A DNA stretch of 64,000 bases from an uncultured bacterium (GCA_963825135.1 CAWGRW010000009.1:576001-640000); one strand, 5' to 3'; counted from the first letter of the stretch, positions 51,336-61,702 are shown. Made by a program: numbers and translations. The notes: generated by a model not told the origin, from the letters alone.

Positions 51336-53159
51336 ATGGCAGATTCGGCGAAGACGCTCAGATCCGGTTCGGAAGGCATCGTATGGGACCTTTCGGACCT
51401 CTACTCCGGGCTCGGCGATACCAGGATTGAGAGAGATGTAAAAGGCGTAATGACAAAATCGGCGGCGTTCGAGAAAAGCTACAGGGGCAAAATAAATAAA
51501 AAGACCATAAACGCCCCCACCCTTCTTAAAGCGGTACGGGAGCTCGAATCGATAAGCGAACAGATAGGCAAACTCCTTTCGTACGCATATCTGATTTTCG
51601 CCGCGGATACCGGAAAGCCGGAGCACGGGGCGTTTTTACAAAAAATTCAGGAGAAGGCGACCGAGGCGAGAAAGCATCTCATGTTCTTCGAGCTCGAATG
51701 GATCGCTTTGAATAATTCCAAGGCCGTAAAGCTTATAAACGACAAGAGACTCTCTCATTACCGCCATTTTTTAGAGCAGGAAAGGAGCTATAAACCGCAC
51801 AGGCTGAGCGAGCCTGAAGAGAAGATACTGGACGAAAAAGCCAATACCGGCTCGAGGGCCTTCAAGCGCCTCTTCGACGAGGTGCTCAACAATATACGGT
51901 TCGAAGTCAAACTCGAAGGCAGTCTCCGGTCCCTCAGCGAAACCGAGACCCTCGCGCTCCTCTACGACCCGGACCGAAAGAAACGGAAAGCGGCTGCCGG
52001 GGGTCTTACCGAAGGCCTTGTCCGGAATTCCCACGTGCTGACCTTCATATTCAACACGCTCGTTCAGGACCACTCCGTCAACGACCGCCTCCGCGCTTTT
52101 TCATATCCCATGGAGTCCCGCCACCTCGACAACGAAATAGATAAAGACACGGTCGAGGCGCTGATCTCCTCATGTGAAAAGAACTACGGTCTGGTCGAAA
52201 CATATTACAGGCTGAAAAAGAAACTCCTCAGACTCAAGAATTTCTATGACTATGACCGTTATTCCCCCTTGCTCCCGGAGTCAAAGACCATAAAATACGG
52301 AGACGGGAAGGATATCATCCTCTCATCGTTCGAAAAGTTCTCTCCCAGGATGTCCGGGACGGCGGAAAAGTTCTTCGACAGGAGCTGGATCGACGCCGAG
52401 ACGAGGGACGGCAAACGGGGAGGAGCGTTCAGCCACGGCACCGTCCCGAGCGCGCACCCTTATGTCTTTATCAACTATACCGGAAGGCTCCGTGACGTAA
52501 TGACGCTCGCGCACGAGCTCGGGCACGGGGTGCATCAGTACCTTTCCAGAAAACAGGGGTACTTTCAGTCGAATACCCCGCTTACGACGGCCGAGACGGC
52601 GAGCGTATTCGCCGAGATGCTCGTCTTCCACAAGTTGACCGAGACGGAAAAGGACCCGAAGACGAGGCTTTCACTCATCTGCAGCAAGCTTGAGGACATT
52701 TTCGCGACTGTTTTCCGCCAGGTGGTGCTGACCAGGTTCGAGGAAAGTCTCCATCTTAACAGAAAACAAAGGGGAGAGCTTCCCCGGGAGGAAATAAACA
52801 AGCTATGGATCGAGGCCAATAAGCCGATGTTCGGGGGCTCGGTCGAGCTCACGGAAGATTACAGCAACTGGTGGATGTACATACCGCACTTCATCCATTC
52901 GCCTTTTTACTGCTACGCGTATTCATTCGGCGAGCTCCTCGTGCTCGCTCTTTACCATAAATATTTGAACGAAGGCGATAAATTCGTCCCCCGGTACATA
53001 GAGCTCCTATCCGCTGGCGGAAGCGACGCCCCTGACGAGCTGCTAAAACGCGTGGGTGTCAATATAAAGGACCCCGGTTTCTGGCAGGGAGGTCTCGACC
53101 TGTTGAAGAATATGGTTGGGGAAGCGGTAAAGCTCGCGGACAAGCAGGATAAAGCCTGA
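51336..53159 (+). CDS. pepF: M3B oligoendopeptidase F
   Basis: WDLSDLY, GKRGGAF, HELGH, AETASVFAE, PHF...FYCYAYSFG. Confidence 0.92.
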   Translation: MADSAKTLRSGSEGIVWDLSDLYSGLGDTRIERDVKGVMTKSAAFEKSYRGKINKKTINAPTLLKAVRELESISEQIGKLLSYAYLIFAADTGKPEHGAFLQKIQEKATEARKHLMFFELEWIALNNSKAVKLINDKRLSHYRHFLEQERSYKPHRLSEPEEKILDEKANTGSRAFKRLFDEVLNNIRFEVKLEGSLRSLSETETLALLYDPDRKKRKAAAGGLTEGLVRNSHVLTFIFNTLVQDHSVNDRLRAFSYPMESRHLDNEIDKDTVEALISSCEKNYGLVETYYRLKKKLLRLKNFYDYDRYSPLLPESKTIKYGDGKDIILSSFEKFSPRMSGTAEKFFDRSWIDAETRDGKRGGAFSHGTVPSAHPYVFINYTGRLRDVMTLAHELGHGVHQYLSRKQGYFQSNTPLTTAETASVFAEMLVFHKLTETEKDPKTRLSLICSKLEDIFATVFRQVVLTRFEESLHLNRKQRGELPREEINKLWIEANKPMFGGSVELTEDYSNWWMYIPHFIHSPFYCYAYSFGELLVLALYHKYLNEGDKFVPRYIELLSAGGSDAPDELLKRVGVNIKDPGFWQGGLDLLKNMVGEAVKLADKQDKA

Positions 53160-53198
53160 GCGCGGGATATTGCGGCGGCATCCCGCGGGGAAGAGCAA

Positions 53199-55145
53199 TC
53201 AGTTGCTCTCGCCCAGGACACCGTAGAGGACGTCGCTTAATTTCCCCATCTCGTAGGGCTTCGGCAACACCCCTTTGAAACCGTACTTCTTGTATTTTTC
53301 CAGGATAGGGTCGCTCGAATAACCGCTCGAGACTATGGCCTTGATGCCCGGATCGAAAACGAGGAGCTTCTCGATAGCCTCTTTCCCCCCCATGCCGCCC
53401 GGAACCGTCAGGTCCATGATCACGGTATCGAAGGAATTGCCTTCCATCTTGGCCCTCTTGTAAATCTTTAAAGCCTCGCCCCCGTCCTTGGCGAATTCAA
53501 CGTCATAACCTATGTGTGTCAGCATTTCGCCTGCCGCTTCCCTCACCTCGACCTTATCGTCCATAATCAGTATCCTGCCCTTCCCTCTTCTTATCTCGTG
53601 ATCGGCGGTCGTTTCCGGCTTCTCGGAATAACCCTTTGCCGGCAGGTAAATGATGAATTTCGTTCCCACATGGAGCTCGGACTCTACCGTAATGTACCCC
53701 CCGTGGTTTTTAATGATCGAATACGAGGTAGCGAGTCCGAGGCCGCTCCCGGTTTGTTTGGTTGTAAAATAGGGATCGAATATCCTCGACAGATATTCCC
53801 TGGGTATTCCTATGCCTTCATCCGCGATAGTGGCCTTTACATACTTACCGTCGTCGAGCGGAATACCTTTTTCCTTCTTTGCTTCGACGTTCTCAATCCT
53901 GATTGTCAGCTTCCCCTCGTTCGTCATCGCCTGAACCGCATTGATCAGGATGTTGTTAATTACCTGGCTCATCTGTCCCTCGTCTATCTCTACCGTCCAG
54001 GGCTTGTCATCGACTATAAGATGAAAATCTATGTCGGATCCGCTCATGGTGAAATTGGCGGTTTCCCTTATCACCTTTTCGAGCGGCATCAGGACCCTGT
54101 TTTCAAGCGTTCCGCCTTTTGAGAATGTGAGGAGCTGTGTAGATAGGTCTTTGGCTTTATGACACGCTTTCAAAGCCTGAAACAGCCTCTGTTTTACTTT
54201 TTCATCCGAGATATCGGGAAGCGAGCTGAGTGATATATTGCCCATTATCGATGTGAGAAGGTTGTTGAAATCGTGAGCGACTCCGCCAGCGAGCACCCCT
54301 ATCGATTCCAGCTTTTGCACCTTCAAGAGCTCTTCTTCCAGTTTTTTCAATTCGGTGATATCGCGGAATACCAGCACGACTCCGATAATGATACCGTTTC
54401 TGTCGCGTATCGGGGAGCTGCTGGCTGAAACATACCGACACCCCTCTCTCCCTTTGGTTATAAGCACGGTGCCGTTTTCGAGTCCTACGACGCTGTTGGC
54501 GTTTATCGCCTTAAACACGGGATTCTCTTTCTGTTCCCCGGTTTCGACGTTGACTATGAAGAATACCTCTTCTATGAGCCTTCCCCGGGCCTCCGACTGG
54601 GACCAGCCTGTTAATCGTTCGCCGATACGGTTTATGAGCACCACCTTTCCCTCCGTATCGGTCGCGATCACGCCGTCCCCTATGGAGCTTAGCGTAACCG
54701 CCAGACGCTCCTTTTCTTCAGACAGCGCCTGTTCAAAGCTTTTTCTCTTGTTCGCCTCCTTCTGTCTTTCGAGCGCGTACCTGATCGAGCGCGCGAGCTG
54801 GTTTACATCGACTTCCCCTTTGATCAGATAGTCCTGCGCTCCAAGCTGCACCGCTTTTACTGCAAACTCCTCATCGCTCATGCCGGTGAGAACTATTACG
54901 GGTATATCCGGATAACGTCCGTGAATCTCTTCAAACGATTTCAAGCCCTCGCTATCCGGAAGCTGGAGGTCTAACAATATCAGATCGAATCCGCTGTTTT
55001 CGAGTGCTTGTATCCCTTTCGCGAGTGTGTCCGCGCGCTCGATCACAACTTCGATTCTCTCCGTTCCCCCGAGGATTTTTGCAACGAGCCTGGAGTAACT
55101 TTCGTTATCTTCAATCAGCAGTGTTTTTATTGGATGAGTAGGCAT
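53199..55145 (-). CDS. Cytoplasmic hybrid histidine kinase (REC-PAS-HisKA-HATPase-REC)
   Basis: LLIEDN/LLDL receiver, SIGDGVI PAS, AHDFNN H-box, G.GLGL, C-terminal receiver. Confidence 0.93.
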   Translation of the reverse strand: MPTHPIKTLLIEDNESYSRLVAKILGGTERIEVVIERADTLAKGIQALENSGFDLILLDLQLPDSEGLKSFEEIHGRYPDIPVIVLTGMSDEEFAVKAVQLGAQDYLIKGEVDVNQLARSIRYALERQKEANKRKSFEQALSEEKERLAVTLSSIGDGVIATDTEGKVVLINRIGERLTGWSQSEARGRLIEEVFFIVNVETGEQKENPVFKAINANSVVGLENGTVLITKGREGCRYVSASSSPIRDRNGIIIGVVLVFRDITELKKLEEELLKVQKLESIGVLAGGVAHDFNNLLTSIMGNISLSSLPDISDEKVKQRLFQALKACHKAKDLSTQLLTFSKGGTLENRVLMPLEKVIRETANFTMSGSDIDFHLIVDDKPWTVEIDEGQMSQVINNILINAVQAMTNEGKLTIRIENVEAKKEKGIPLDDGKYVKATIADEGIGIPREYLSRIFDPYFTTKQTGSGLGLATSYSIIKNHGGYITVESELHVGTKFIIYLPAKGYSEKPETTADHEIRRGKGRILIMDDKVEVREAAGEMLTHIGYDVEFAKDGGEALKIYKRAKMEGNSFDTVIMDLTVPGGMGGKEAIEKLLVFDPGIKAIVSSGYSSDPILEKYKKYGFKGVLPKPYEMGKLSDVLYGVLGESN

Positions 55146-55218
55146 TGATACACCCCTTATGCGTGTAACATATCCGAACGATTTGATACATATATCGTGT
55201 TATTGATATATAGATGAT

Positions 55219-55234
55219 TGCAAAAAACATACCA
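55219..55234 (-). promoter_or_regulatory. sigma54 (-24/-12) promoter of the hybrid kinase
   Basis: TGGTATGTTTTTTGCA (GG-N10-GC) about 75 nt upstream of the ATG, AT-rich surroundings. Confidence 0.65.
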
Positions 55235-55490
55235 GTATCAACGATTATCATAATTGATTGATATCAAATATTATTTCAACGACTGCGCAAAAATTGTCCG
55301 CGACAACAATGACAAAATACGTAATATTCACTCGCAAAAATAACATTCCTCCGTAATTTACATGAAAACGGATTCGGAGAACCGGCGCAGATCGAGTCGG
55401 GCAAATGGAGATTGCAAGTTTAAAAAGATATTGCTCGATTACCTTTTTACGAGGCATCTCGCGGGGGGCTGAAACGCGTCAGATCCAGGC

Positions 55491-56792
55491 TTATTTATTC
55501 ATGCTGTTAAGATTGAGCACGATGCCTTTCGAGTCGCTTTCTTTATTGTTTTTATTTGCATACATCAATTCGTCGGCCCTGACCAACAGCCTGTCTATCG
55601 ACGACGGGATACGAGGGTCGAAGGTCGCGATTCCGAAGCTCAAAGACAACTGATAGGGCCTCGTAGAGCTCGAGTTGTGATGATCCAGGCTGTCCCGTAT
55701 GCGCCGCTGTATAGACTCTTCTCCATTCCCGTCGGAATTAGTGCTCAGCACTACAAATTCATCCCCGCTTACCCTTGCCGTCACGTCCGAGTTCCTGAAA
55801 GTCCGTTTGATTACGGAGGCGGCGTCCACGAGCGCCTGATCCCCGGTATTGTGTCCGTAGGCGTCGTTAATCTGCTTGAGCCCGTCCAGATCGAGGAGTA
55901 TCAGCAACACCTGCTCTTTTCTCCTCTCCGCAGCCTTGATATGGTGCTCGGCAAAGGTAAGGAATCCGCGCCTGTTGTATAGACCCGTCAGATCGTCCGT
56001 TATCGAAAGGCTCCGCAGGCGCTCTTCCATCTTCTTCCGTTCGGTAATATCCCTGGAGTTTACGACCACCCCGATGCCGTTCAAATCGGAACGGCATAAC
56101 TTTCCTATGGATTCGAGCGTGATCCAATACCCTTCCTTGTGCCTGACTCGAAATTCCACCGAATATTGGCGGCCCTGCTTCTGGAGACCTTCCGTGAAAA
56201 TATCCAGGACCCGGGCCAAATCCTCCGGATGGATGAACTCAAACACCTTCCTGCCCGTCAAATCGCCTTCCTCATAACCCAGAATGTTTTTGTGCGATGG
56301 ACTGACAAATGTGATCTTCCCGTCGACATCGAGCATCGCTATCAGGTCCAGGGCATTTTCGATAAGAATCTTGAACCTTTCCTCGCTGCGTTTTACGGCG
56401 TCGTCGGCTTTTTTGCGCTCAATCGCATATCTGATAGAGCGTATGAGGAGCTTCGCGTCCACCTGGCCTTTCATCAGATAGTCCTGAGCGCCCATCTGGA
56501 CCGCTTTTATGGCAAAGGACTCGTCGTCGGTCCCGGTGAGCACAATGATTGGGACATCCGTGACTTCACTGATGCTCAGAAGCGTATCTATATTGCCGCT
56601 ATCCGGCAGGTCGAGGTCTAGCAGAATGAGATCCAGACCTCCTCTGGAAGCTCTTTCGTACCCTCCGGAGAATGTTTGATGGTGCTCCACTTCCATCGCG
56701 GAGGATGTCTTCTTCGAGAGAATCCTCTTGATCAGTTGCGCATATTCCAGGTTATCTTCAATCAATAATATTTTTGTGTTCTTGTCGATCAT
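55491..56792 (-). CDS. REC-PAS-GGDEF diguanylate cyclase (SGDEF variant)
   Basis: Receiver, PAS (IHPED), DDLTGLYNRRG, INDAYGH..GD, RNSD I-site, SGDEF. Confidence 0.92.
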   Translation of the reverse strand: MIDKNTKILLIEDNLEYAQLIKRILSKKTSSAMEVEHHQTFSGGYERASRGGLDLILLDLDLPDSGNIDTLLSISEVTDVPIIVLTGTDDESFAIKAVQMGAQDYLMKGQVDAKLLIRSIRYAIERKKADDAVKRSEERFKILIENALDLIAMLDVDGKITFVSPSHKNILGYEEGDLTGRKVFEFIHPEDLARVLDIFTEGLQKQGRQYSVEFRVRHKEGYWITLESIGKLCRSDLNGIGVVVNSRDITERKKMEERLRSLSITDDLTGLYNRRGFLTFAEHHIKAAERRKEQVLLILLDLDGLKQINDAYGHNTGDQALVDAASVIKRTFRNSDVTARVSGDEFVVLSTNSDGNGEESIQRRIRDSLDHHNSSSTRPYQLSLSFGIATFDPRIPSSIDRLLVRADELMYANKNNKESDSKGIVLNLNSMNK

Positions 56793-57007
56793 AGCGGGTT
56801 GAGCTCCATAACGGCGGCTGGCATTTATATTAGTGCGCGTATCAGAACGGCAGAAGCCGCTTGTTAATCTTGTGCATCCGGCGCTTCTCCCATCCGAGGA
56901 AGCTGTAAAACCGGCTTAAGCACGCCGTGTTTGTTAAGCTCCGGATGAGAATAGACCGGTTCCGGGTCAATCCTCCTTCGCCATACCTACTTGTTACCAA
57001 TCAATAT

Positions 57008-57023
57008 AACAAAAACCATGCCA
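57008..57023 (-). promoter_or_regulatory. sigma54-like promoter of the diguanylate cyclase
   Basis: TGGCATGGTTTTTGTT (GG-N10-GT; imperfect -12). Confidence 0.5.
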
Positions 57024-57281
57024 TTAAACGCGCTTTGTTTGATTGTCGTAACAGTCTCTTACAATTGAATAATTTATAAGTTTTAATAACCCTGCCCTTT
57101 GCGCTTCTCAAATCGCTAACAATATTCGTCCGGCCATGCGACATTTCTCAGTCCAAAATTACTTTTTCGCCGCCAATGCGCTGAGATGCATAAAGAATTG
57201 TTGAATATTCGCAGACGGGCTATTACACTCGGTGGAGGCCTCTAATGCCGGATGATATGATCTCATCACAGGAGACACGAG

Positions 57282-57911
57282 ATGAAGCTGCTGGTTATCG
57301 GCGCGACAAGGGGAATCGGCGCCCGGCTTGCGGAGCGTGCGTGCGGAGAGGGGCACGCGGTCACCGTCCTTGCGCGTAATCCGGAGGCATGCAGACCGGG
57401 AGCCAAAAACATCAAAGTCGTCAAAGGCGACATCAGAGACGAGCGCTCGGTCGGAAATGCCGTAGCGGGTCAGGACGCAGTATGCATCACGATAGGAATC
57501 GGTCCCGCCCTGAGACCCGTGACGGTATTTTCCGAAGGGACGGGAATCGTCATTGACGCTATGGAAAGGTACTCGGTTCCCAGGCTGATATGCGTCACCG
57601 GCATAGGGGCCGGGGACTCTAAAGGCCACGGGGGATTCCTCTATGATAAGATCGTGTTCCCGGTATTTCTTAAGACGATATACGAGGACAAGAATCTTCA
57701 GGAGTCGATAGTCAGAGATTCACGGCTGCAGTGGGAGATAGTAAGGCCCGGCTTTTTAACTAACGGGCCGGAAACGGGCCGGTACAGGGTCATCACGGAC
57801 TTGTCGGGAGTAACATGCGGCAGTATCTCGCGCGCAGACGCCGCGCATTTTATCCTCGGGGAGCTTAGCGCGATGAAGTACGCCCGGCAGACACCGCTCC
57901 TCACATACTGA
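57282..57911 (+). CDS. NAD(P)H-binding atypical SDR (biliverdin reductase B / flavin reductase-like)
   Basis: GATRGIG, W.IVRPG.LT.GP, ISRAD.A. Confidence 0.88.
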   Translation: MKLLVIGATRGIGARLAERACGEGHAVTVLARNPEACRPGAKNIKVVKGDIRDERSVGNAVAGQDAVCITIGIGPALRPVTVFSEGTGIVIDAMERYSVPRLICVTGIGAGDSKGHGGFLYDKIVFPVFLKTIYEDKNLQESIVRDSRLQWEIVRPGFLTNGPETGRYRVITDLSGVTCGSISRADAAHFILGELSAMKYARQTPLLTY

Positions 57912-58047
57912 CCGGGAGAAGCGTGTTACAAGCTTCCTCCGGCAACCACAAGGCCGTCTCGAATTTTCAGCACATGATGGATTATTCGGGGGACTCTGTA
58001 TTATAATAGTTAGCAAATTCCGGGCGAGAGCCTGAGAGCGGACTAAT

Positions 58048-59016
58048 ATGCCCACAATAAAAGAGACGAGAAATCAGATGGTTCAGTTCGTATTTCCCGA
58101 GCACGCGAACACGCACGGCTCCCTGCACGGGGGGAGGCTCATGGATTGGATAATGCTCGCGGGGAGCATTAACTCGTCCCGAATCTCCAGGGGGATAACC
58201 GTCCTCGGCGCAACGGACAGCATAGATTTCTTAAACCCCGTAAAGGTCGGGGAAATAGTAATACTCGACTGCCGGGTCGAGCACATCGGATCGAGCTCCA
58301 TGGAGTTAGGCGTTACGGTACATTCCGAGAACCTGGAGACCAGGGAGAAGAAGCTTACAACGGTGTCGCATATGGCTTTTATCGCGGTGGATAAGGACGG
58401 GAACACAAGACATATCGCGGATAAGATCGAGCCCGACGATAATGAAAAACGCCTTAACGACGAGGCCCGGATGAGGAGAGAGCAGAGAATCCCGAAGCTC
58501 GGGATAAGGGACGAACAGGCAAGGAACATCATCGATGAAACCGAAATTACGAGGATGCGTCTTGAGACGACGAAGGTGGTTTTACCGGAAGACAGCTTCT
58601 ACGGAAACTTCATGTCCGTCGGCAAGCTAATGCTCGGCATAGACGAGACCGCAGCAATACTCGCCATGAGATTCGTCAAGGGCGTCCTGGTGACGGGCTC
58701 TCTCGACGAGCTTTTTTTCTACTCGCCCATAAGGGTCGGGGACATAATAATATTCAAGGCCGGCATTACTTACGTTGGGAACACGTCTCTGGAAGTGGGC
58801 ATCAAGGTGCTTTCCGAAAACATCCTCAGCGGAGAACAAAAACATACCTGTACCGCGTTTCTGACCTACGTCCACGTCGGGGAGGACGGGGGACCGAAAC
58901 GGGTGCCGGAGTTCAGACCCGAGACGCCCGAAGAAAAGAGGCTCTGGAAAAAGGCCCTGGAAAGGAAGGACAGAAGGACCGAGCGGGTAAAGCGTATAAA
59001 CGAGTCCGAGAACTGA
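58048..59016 (+). CDS. Double-hotdog acyl-CoA thioesterase
   Basis: P.HAN.HG.LHGG.LM.W, IDF..PV.VG, repeated in the second half. Confidence 0.88.
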   Translation: MPTIKETRNQMVQFVFPEHANTHGSLHGGRLMDWIMLAGSINSSRISRGITVLGATDSIDFLNPVKVGEIVILDCRVEHIGSSSMELGVTVHSENLETREKKLTTVSHMAFIAVDKDGNTRHIADKIEPDDNEKRLNDEARMRREQRIPKLGIRDEQARNIIDETEITRMRLETTKVVLPEDSFYGNFMSVGKLMLGIDETAAILAMRFVKGVLVTGSLDELFFYSPIRVGDIIIFKAGITYVGNTSLEVGIKVLSENILSGEQKHTCTAFLTYVHVGEDGGPKRVPEFRPETPEEKRLWKKALERKDRRTERVKRINESEN

Positions 59017-59133
59017 GTCCGGCAATTTCCTCCGCGCCCGCTTTTATGTTACGATCTTTGCCGACCGTTATCTCATAATTCTTATGCCGGTGAGCATAAC
59101 GGGTCGGGATTCCCGGGACCCTCACGAAACTAT

Positions 59134-59574
59134 ATGAAAACGACATCGAGAGTGCTGCTGATTTCCCTGGGCTTATTCCTAATGGACATGATCAGCGTGC
59201 CCGTCGGCTACTATTCGTCCGTACCGGAGGTACGGGGACAAACCGAGCCCGTGAAAGGCGCGGGGAAAACGGATTACATTACCGATGACGGCATAGTCCA
59301 CTTCCAAAGCCACACCGATTTAATCGACCTGGTAACCGCAATGAGCGAGATAAAAGGCGAGGCTTATGTAATCGACGGCTCAGTGCCCCCCAAGGATATA
59401 AGCATAATAACCCCCGAAGGGGGGATGAAGAAAGAAGACGCAATTGTTTTTTTCGACACGGTCCTCCGCATGAACGGTCTTGCCGTGGTAAAAGCGGACG
59501 GGGTCAATAAGGTCGTTAATTCGAGCGGCGTCAAGGGAGAAAGCACTCCCGTCGAAACCGATAAGCAGAATTAG
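59134..59574 (+). CDS. Exported small protein resembling a lone secretin (GspD) N0 domain
   Basis: N-terminal hydrophobic segment; DL..LV.AMSEI.G..YVID..V...ISIITP.....EDA..FF.TVL.MNGLAVV. Confidence 0.65.
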   Translation: MKTTSRVLLISLGLFLMDMISVPVGYYSSVPEVRGQTEPVKGAGKTDYITDDGIVHFQSHTDLIDLVTAMSEIKGEAYVIDGSVPPKDISIITPEGGMKKEDAIVFFDTVLRMNGLAVVKADGVNKVVNSSGVKGESTPVETDKQN

Positions 59575-59588
59575 GGGACGGCGGCGGC

Positions 59589-60497
59589 TCAGAAGACGGG
59601 CGCTTCGAGTCTCTCGCTCCTGATAACGAGATAATTGGAAACCAGGATAAAAACGCCTCCTAACAGCACGTATCCGTCTATTTTCTGCGAGAAGAATATC
59701 CAGGCCAGTATCGTCGCGCTTACGGGTTCAAGCAAAAGGATTATCCCCGCTACGGAAGCGGACAGCCTTCTGAGCGACCTGTAGAAGAGCAGATGGGGCA
59801 CGGCCCCGCCCACCATGGCAAAAACGACGAGATAACCCCAGTCCGCGGGGCTCAGGCCCGGCGTGAGCTTCACGAAGCCCTTATCGGGAATCAGGAGATT
59901 TGCGGCGGGCAGGAGGAGGAGCAGCCATAGAGAGGCAAAGCCCGACCAGCCGAAGGTCGTCGTGATGTAGTGCTGGTCGAGAGCGCTGCTCCGCTTGCCG
60001 AGAATAACCCAGAGAGACAACAGCACGCCCGCGGCGAGGGCCGCCGCCACGCCCGGTAGCGGCAGGCCCGAAGCGGTCTCCCAGCTCTCGAACAGAACGA
60101 CCATCCCCGCAATACCCAGGAGCACGGAAACCAGCTTTACGGATGTTATCTTCTCTCCGAGAAAAAGCCTCCCGAAGAATATCGTCCACACAGGCTGGGT
60201 GTATAGAAGCAGGACCGTAAGGGCGACGGGCAGTCCGAGGGCTATGCCGGAGAATAACGACAGCTCGAGGAGCCCGCCGATCAGTCCGTAGAGGGCGTAA
60301 AAAGGGATCTTGTCCCTCCTCAGCATGTAACGCGGCTTGATAAGTACTACCGGGAGGAGCATTACGAACACCAGGAGGGACCTGTAAAACGACACCTCAT
60401 ATTGGGAGAGCCCCCGGTCGATCAGGAACTGCCCGCCGGGCGCTATGCTCCCGTATAAAATCCCCGCCAGAATTACGTACCAGTATTCCCTTTGCAT
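59589..60497 (-). CDS. DMT/EamA-family transporter
   Basis: About 10 TM helices; LLYTQP, LFLGEK, LLEPV.A. Confidence 0.9.
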   Translation of the reverse strand: MQREYWYVILAGILYGSIAPGGQFLIDRGLSQYEVSFYRSLLVFVMLLPVVLIKPRYMLRRDKIPFYALYGLIGGLLELSLFSGIALGLPVALTVLLLYTQPVWTIFFGRLFLGEKITSVKLVSVLLGIAGMVVLFESWETASGLPLPGVAAALAAGVLLSLWVILGKRSSALDQHYITTTFGWSGFASLWLLLLLPAANLLIPDKGFVKLTPGLSPADWGYLVVFAMVGGAVPHLLFYRSLRRLSASVAGIILLLEPVSATILAWIFFSQKIDGYVLLGGVFILVSNYLVIRSERLEAPVF

Positions 60498-60616
60498 ATA
60501 TTTGGTATTTAGAAATTCGAATAGTCCGGGCGTGTCCGCGGCGCTCGGGAAGCCCCGCCGCCGAGTCCGCCGTCCGGGGTATCGGAATTCCGCCCGCTAA
60601 ATACGGGGTTTGTGCG

Positions 60617-61702
60617 CTACCTTAAATCCTTTAGCCTCGGCATTACCTCTTCGACAAGCAGCTTCATGGACTTCACCCATTTGTCCCTCGGCTTCCACTC
60701 GTGCCCCATGACAAGGAGCACGCCGAACCCTCCCACGTGATCGTAGAGCTCCCTGATTTTTTCGACCGCGTCATCGGGGCTCCCGACTATCCAGAGGTTG
60801 TCCATCATGTAATCGATCGTAACCTCGCCGTCGGTCATACTCTTGTCCGTTTTAAATATGTCGAGATTCCCTCTTATCCTGGGGACCATCTTAAAAAAAT
60901 AATCCGTAAAGTCCCTGGCGAGGGTCCCCTCCTTCACGTCCCTCCGCGCCTCCTCCGCGCTCTCGGCGATATAGATGTCCCGCGCGACGCGCCAGAGCGA
61001 CTTGTCGGGCTTCCTGCCGGCGCTCAGCGCGCCTTCCTCCACGGACGCCCAGTGTGTCCTCAGGACGTCCCTGGTTATGAAATTAATGCTCATGGGTATC
61101 CAGCCGTTGGCGCCCGCTATTCTGAGCGTCCCCGAGCTCGCGGTAATGCCGGCGACGGCTATGGGCGGGTGAGGTTTCTGATAGGGTTTCGTATGCACCC
61201 CGAGCCCGACGTCGGCCTGCGGCGCGGGAACGGTGAATCTCCACCGCCTGTTCTCGTACTTCCCGGGCCTGGGGTCTTTCCAGAGGTTCAAGATGAACTC
61301 AAGCGACTCGTTCGTCAAGTCCCTCTGCTCCCCCGATTTGGCGTCGATGCCGAAGGCCTCGAAATCCCCGATGAAGCTCCCCGCCCCCACGCCCCAGTAA
61401 AACCTTCCCTTGGCCAGATGGTCGAGCACGGCTATCCTGTGCGCGAGGACAAACGGGTCGTGGTCCGGGAGACAGGAGACGCCCGTCCCCAGTATGATAT
61501 TTTTCGTAAGCGGGATGGCCTTCGCCAGGAGGAGGTCGGGGGCGGCTATGTTCTCCCATCCCGCCGTAAAATGCTCCCCTACCCAGGCCTCCCTGAACCC
61601 TAGCCGGTCGAGTGTGACGAGCTGTTCGAGGTCTTCATCGAGGGTCTCCGTCAGGTTCGAGCCCGCGGGATGAAGGGGCATTGTAAAGTAGCCTATTTCC
61701 AA
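60617..61702 (-). CDS. Luciferase-like (LLM) flavin-dependent oxidoreductase
   Basis: GF.EAWVGEH, LDHL.KGR..WGVGAG, PYQKPHPP, VGSPD. Confidence 0.9.
   Translation of the reverse strand: MEIGYFTMPLHPAGSNLTETLDEDLEQLVTLDRLGFREAWVGEHFTAGWENIAAPDLLLAKAIPLTKNIILGTGVSCLPDHDPFVLAHRIAVLDHLAKGRFYWGVGAGSFIGDFEAFGIDAKSGEQRDLTNESLEFILNLWKDPRPGKYENRRWRFTVPAPQADVGLGVHTKPYQKPHPPIAVAGITASSGTLRIAGANGWIPMSINFITRDVLRTHWASVEEGALSAGRKPDKSLWRVARDIYIAESAEEARRDVKEGTLARDFTDYFFKMVPRIRGNLDIFKTDKSMTDGEVTIDYMMDNLWIVGSPDDAVEKIRELYDHVGGFGVLLVMGHEWKPRDKWVKSMKLLVEEVMPRLKDLR

Noticed and set aside
59025..59055. dif-like TTATGTTA (also TTATGTAAA near 7737)
   Set aside because: Only the XerD-like half; no matching XerC arm at 6-bp spacing.
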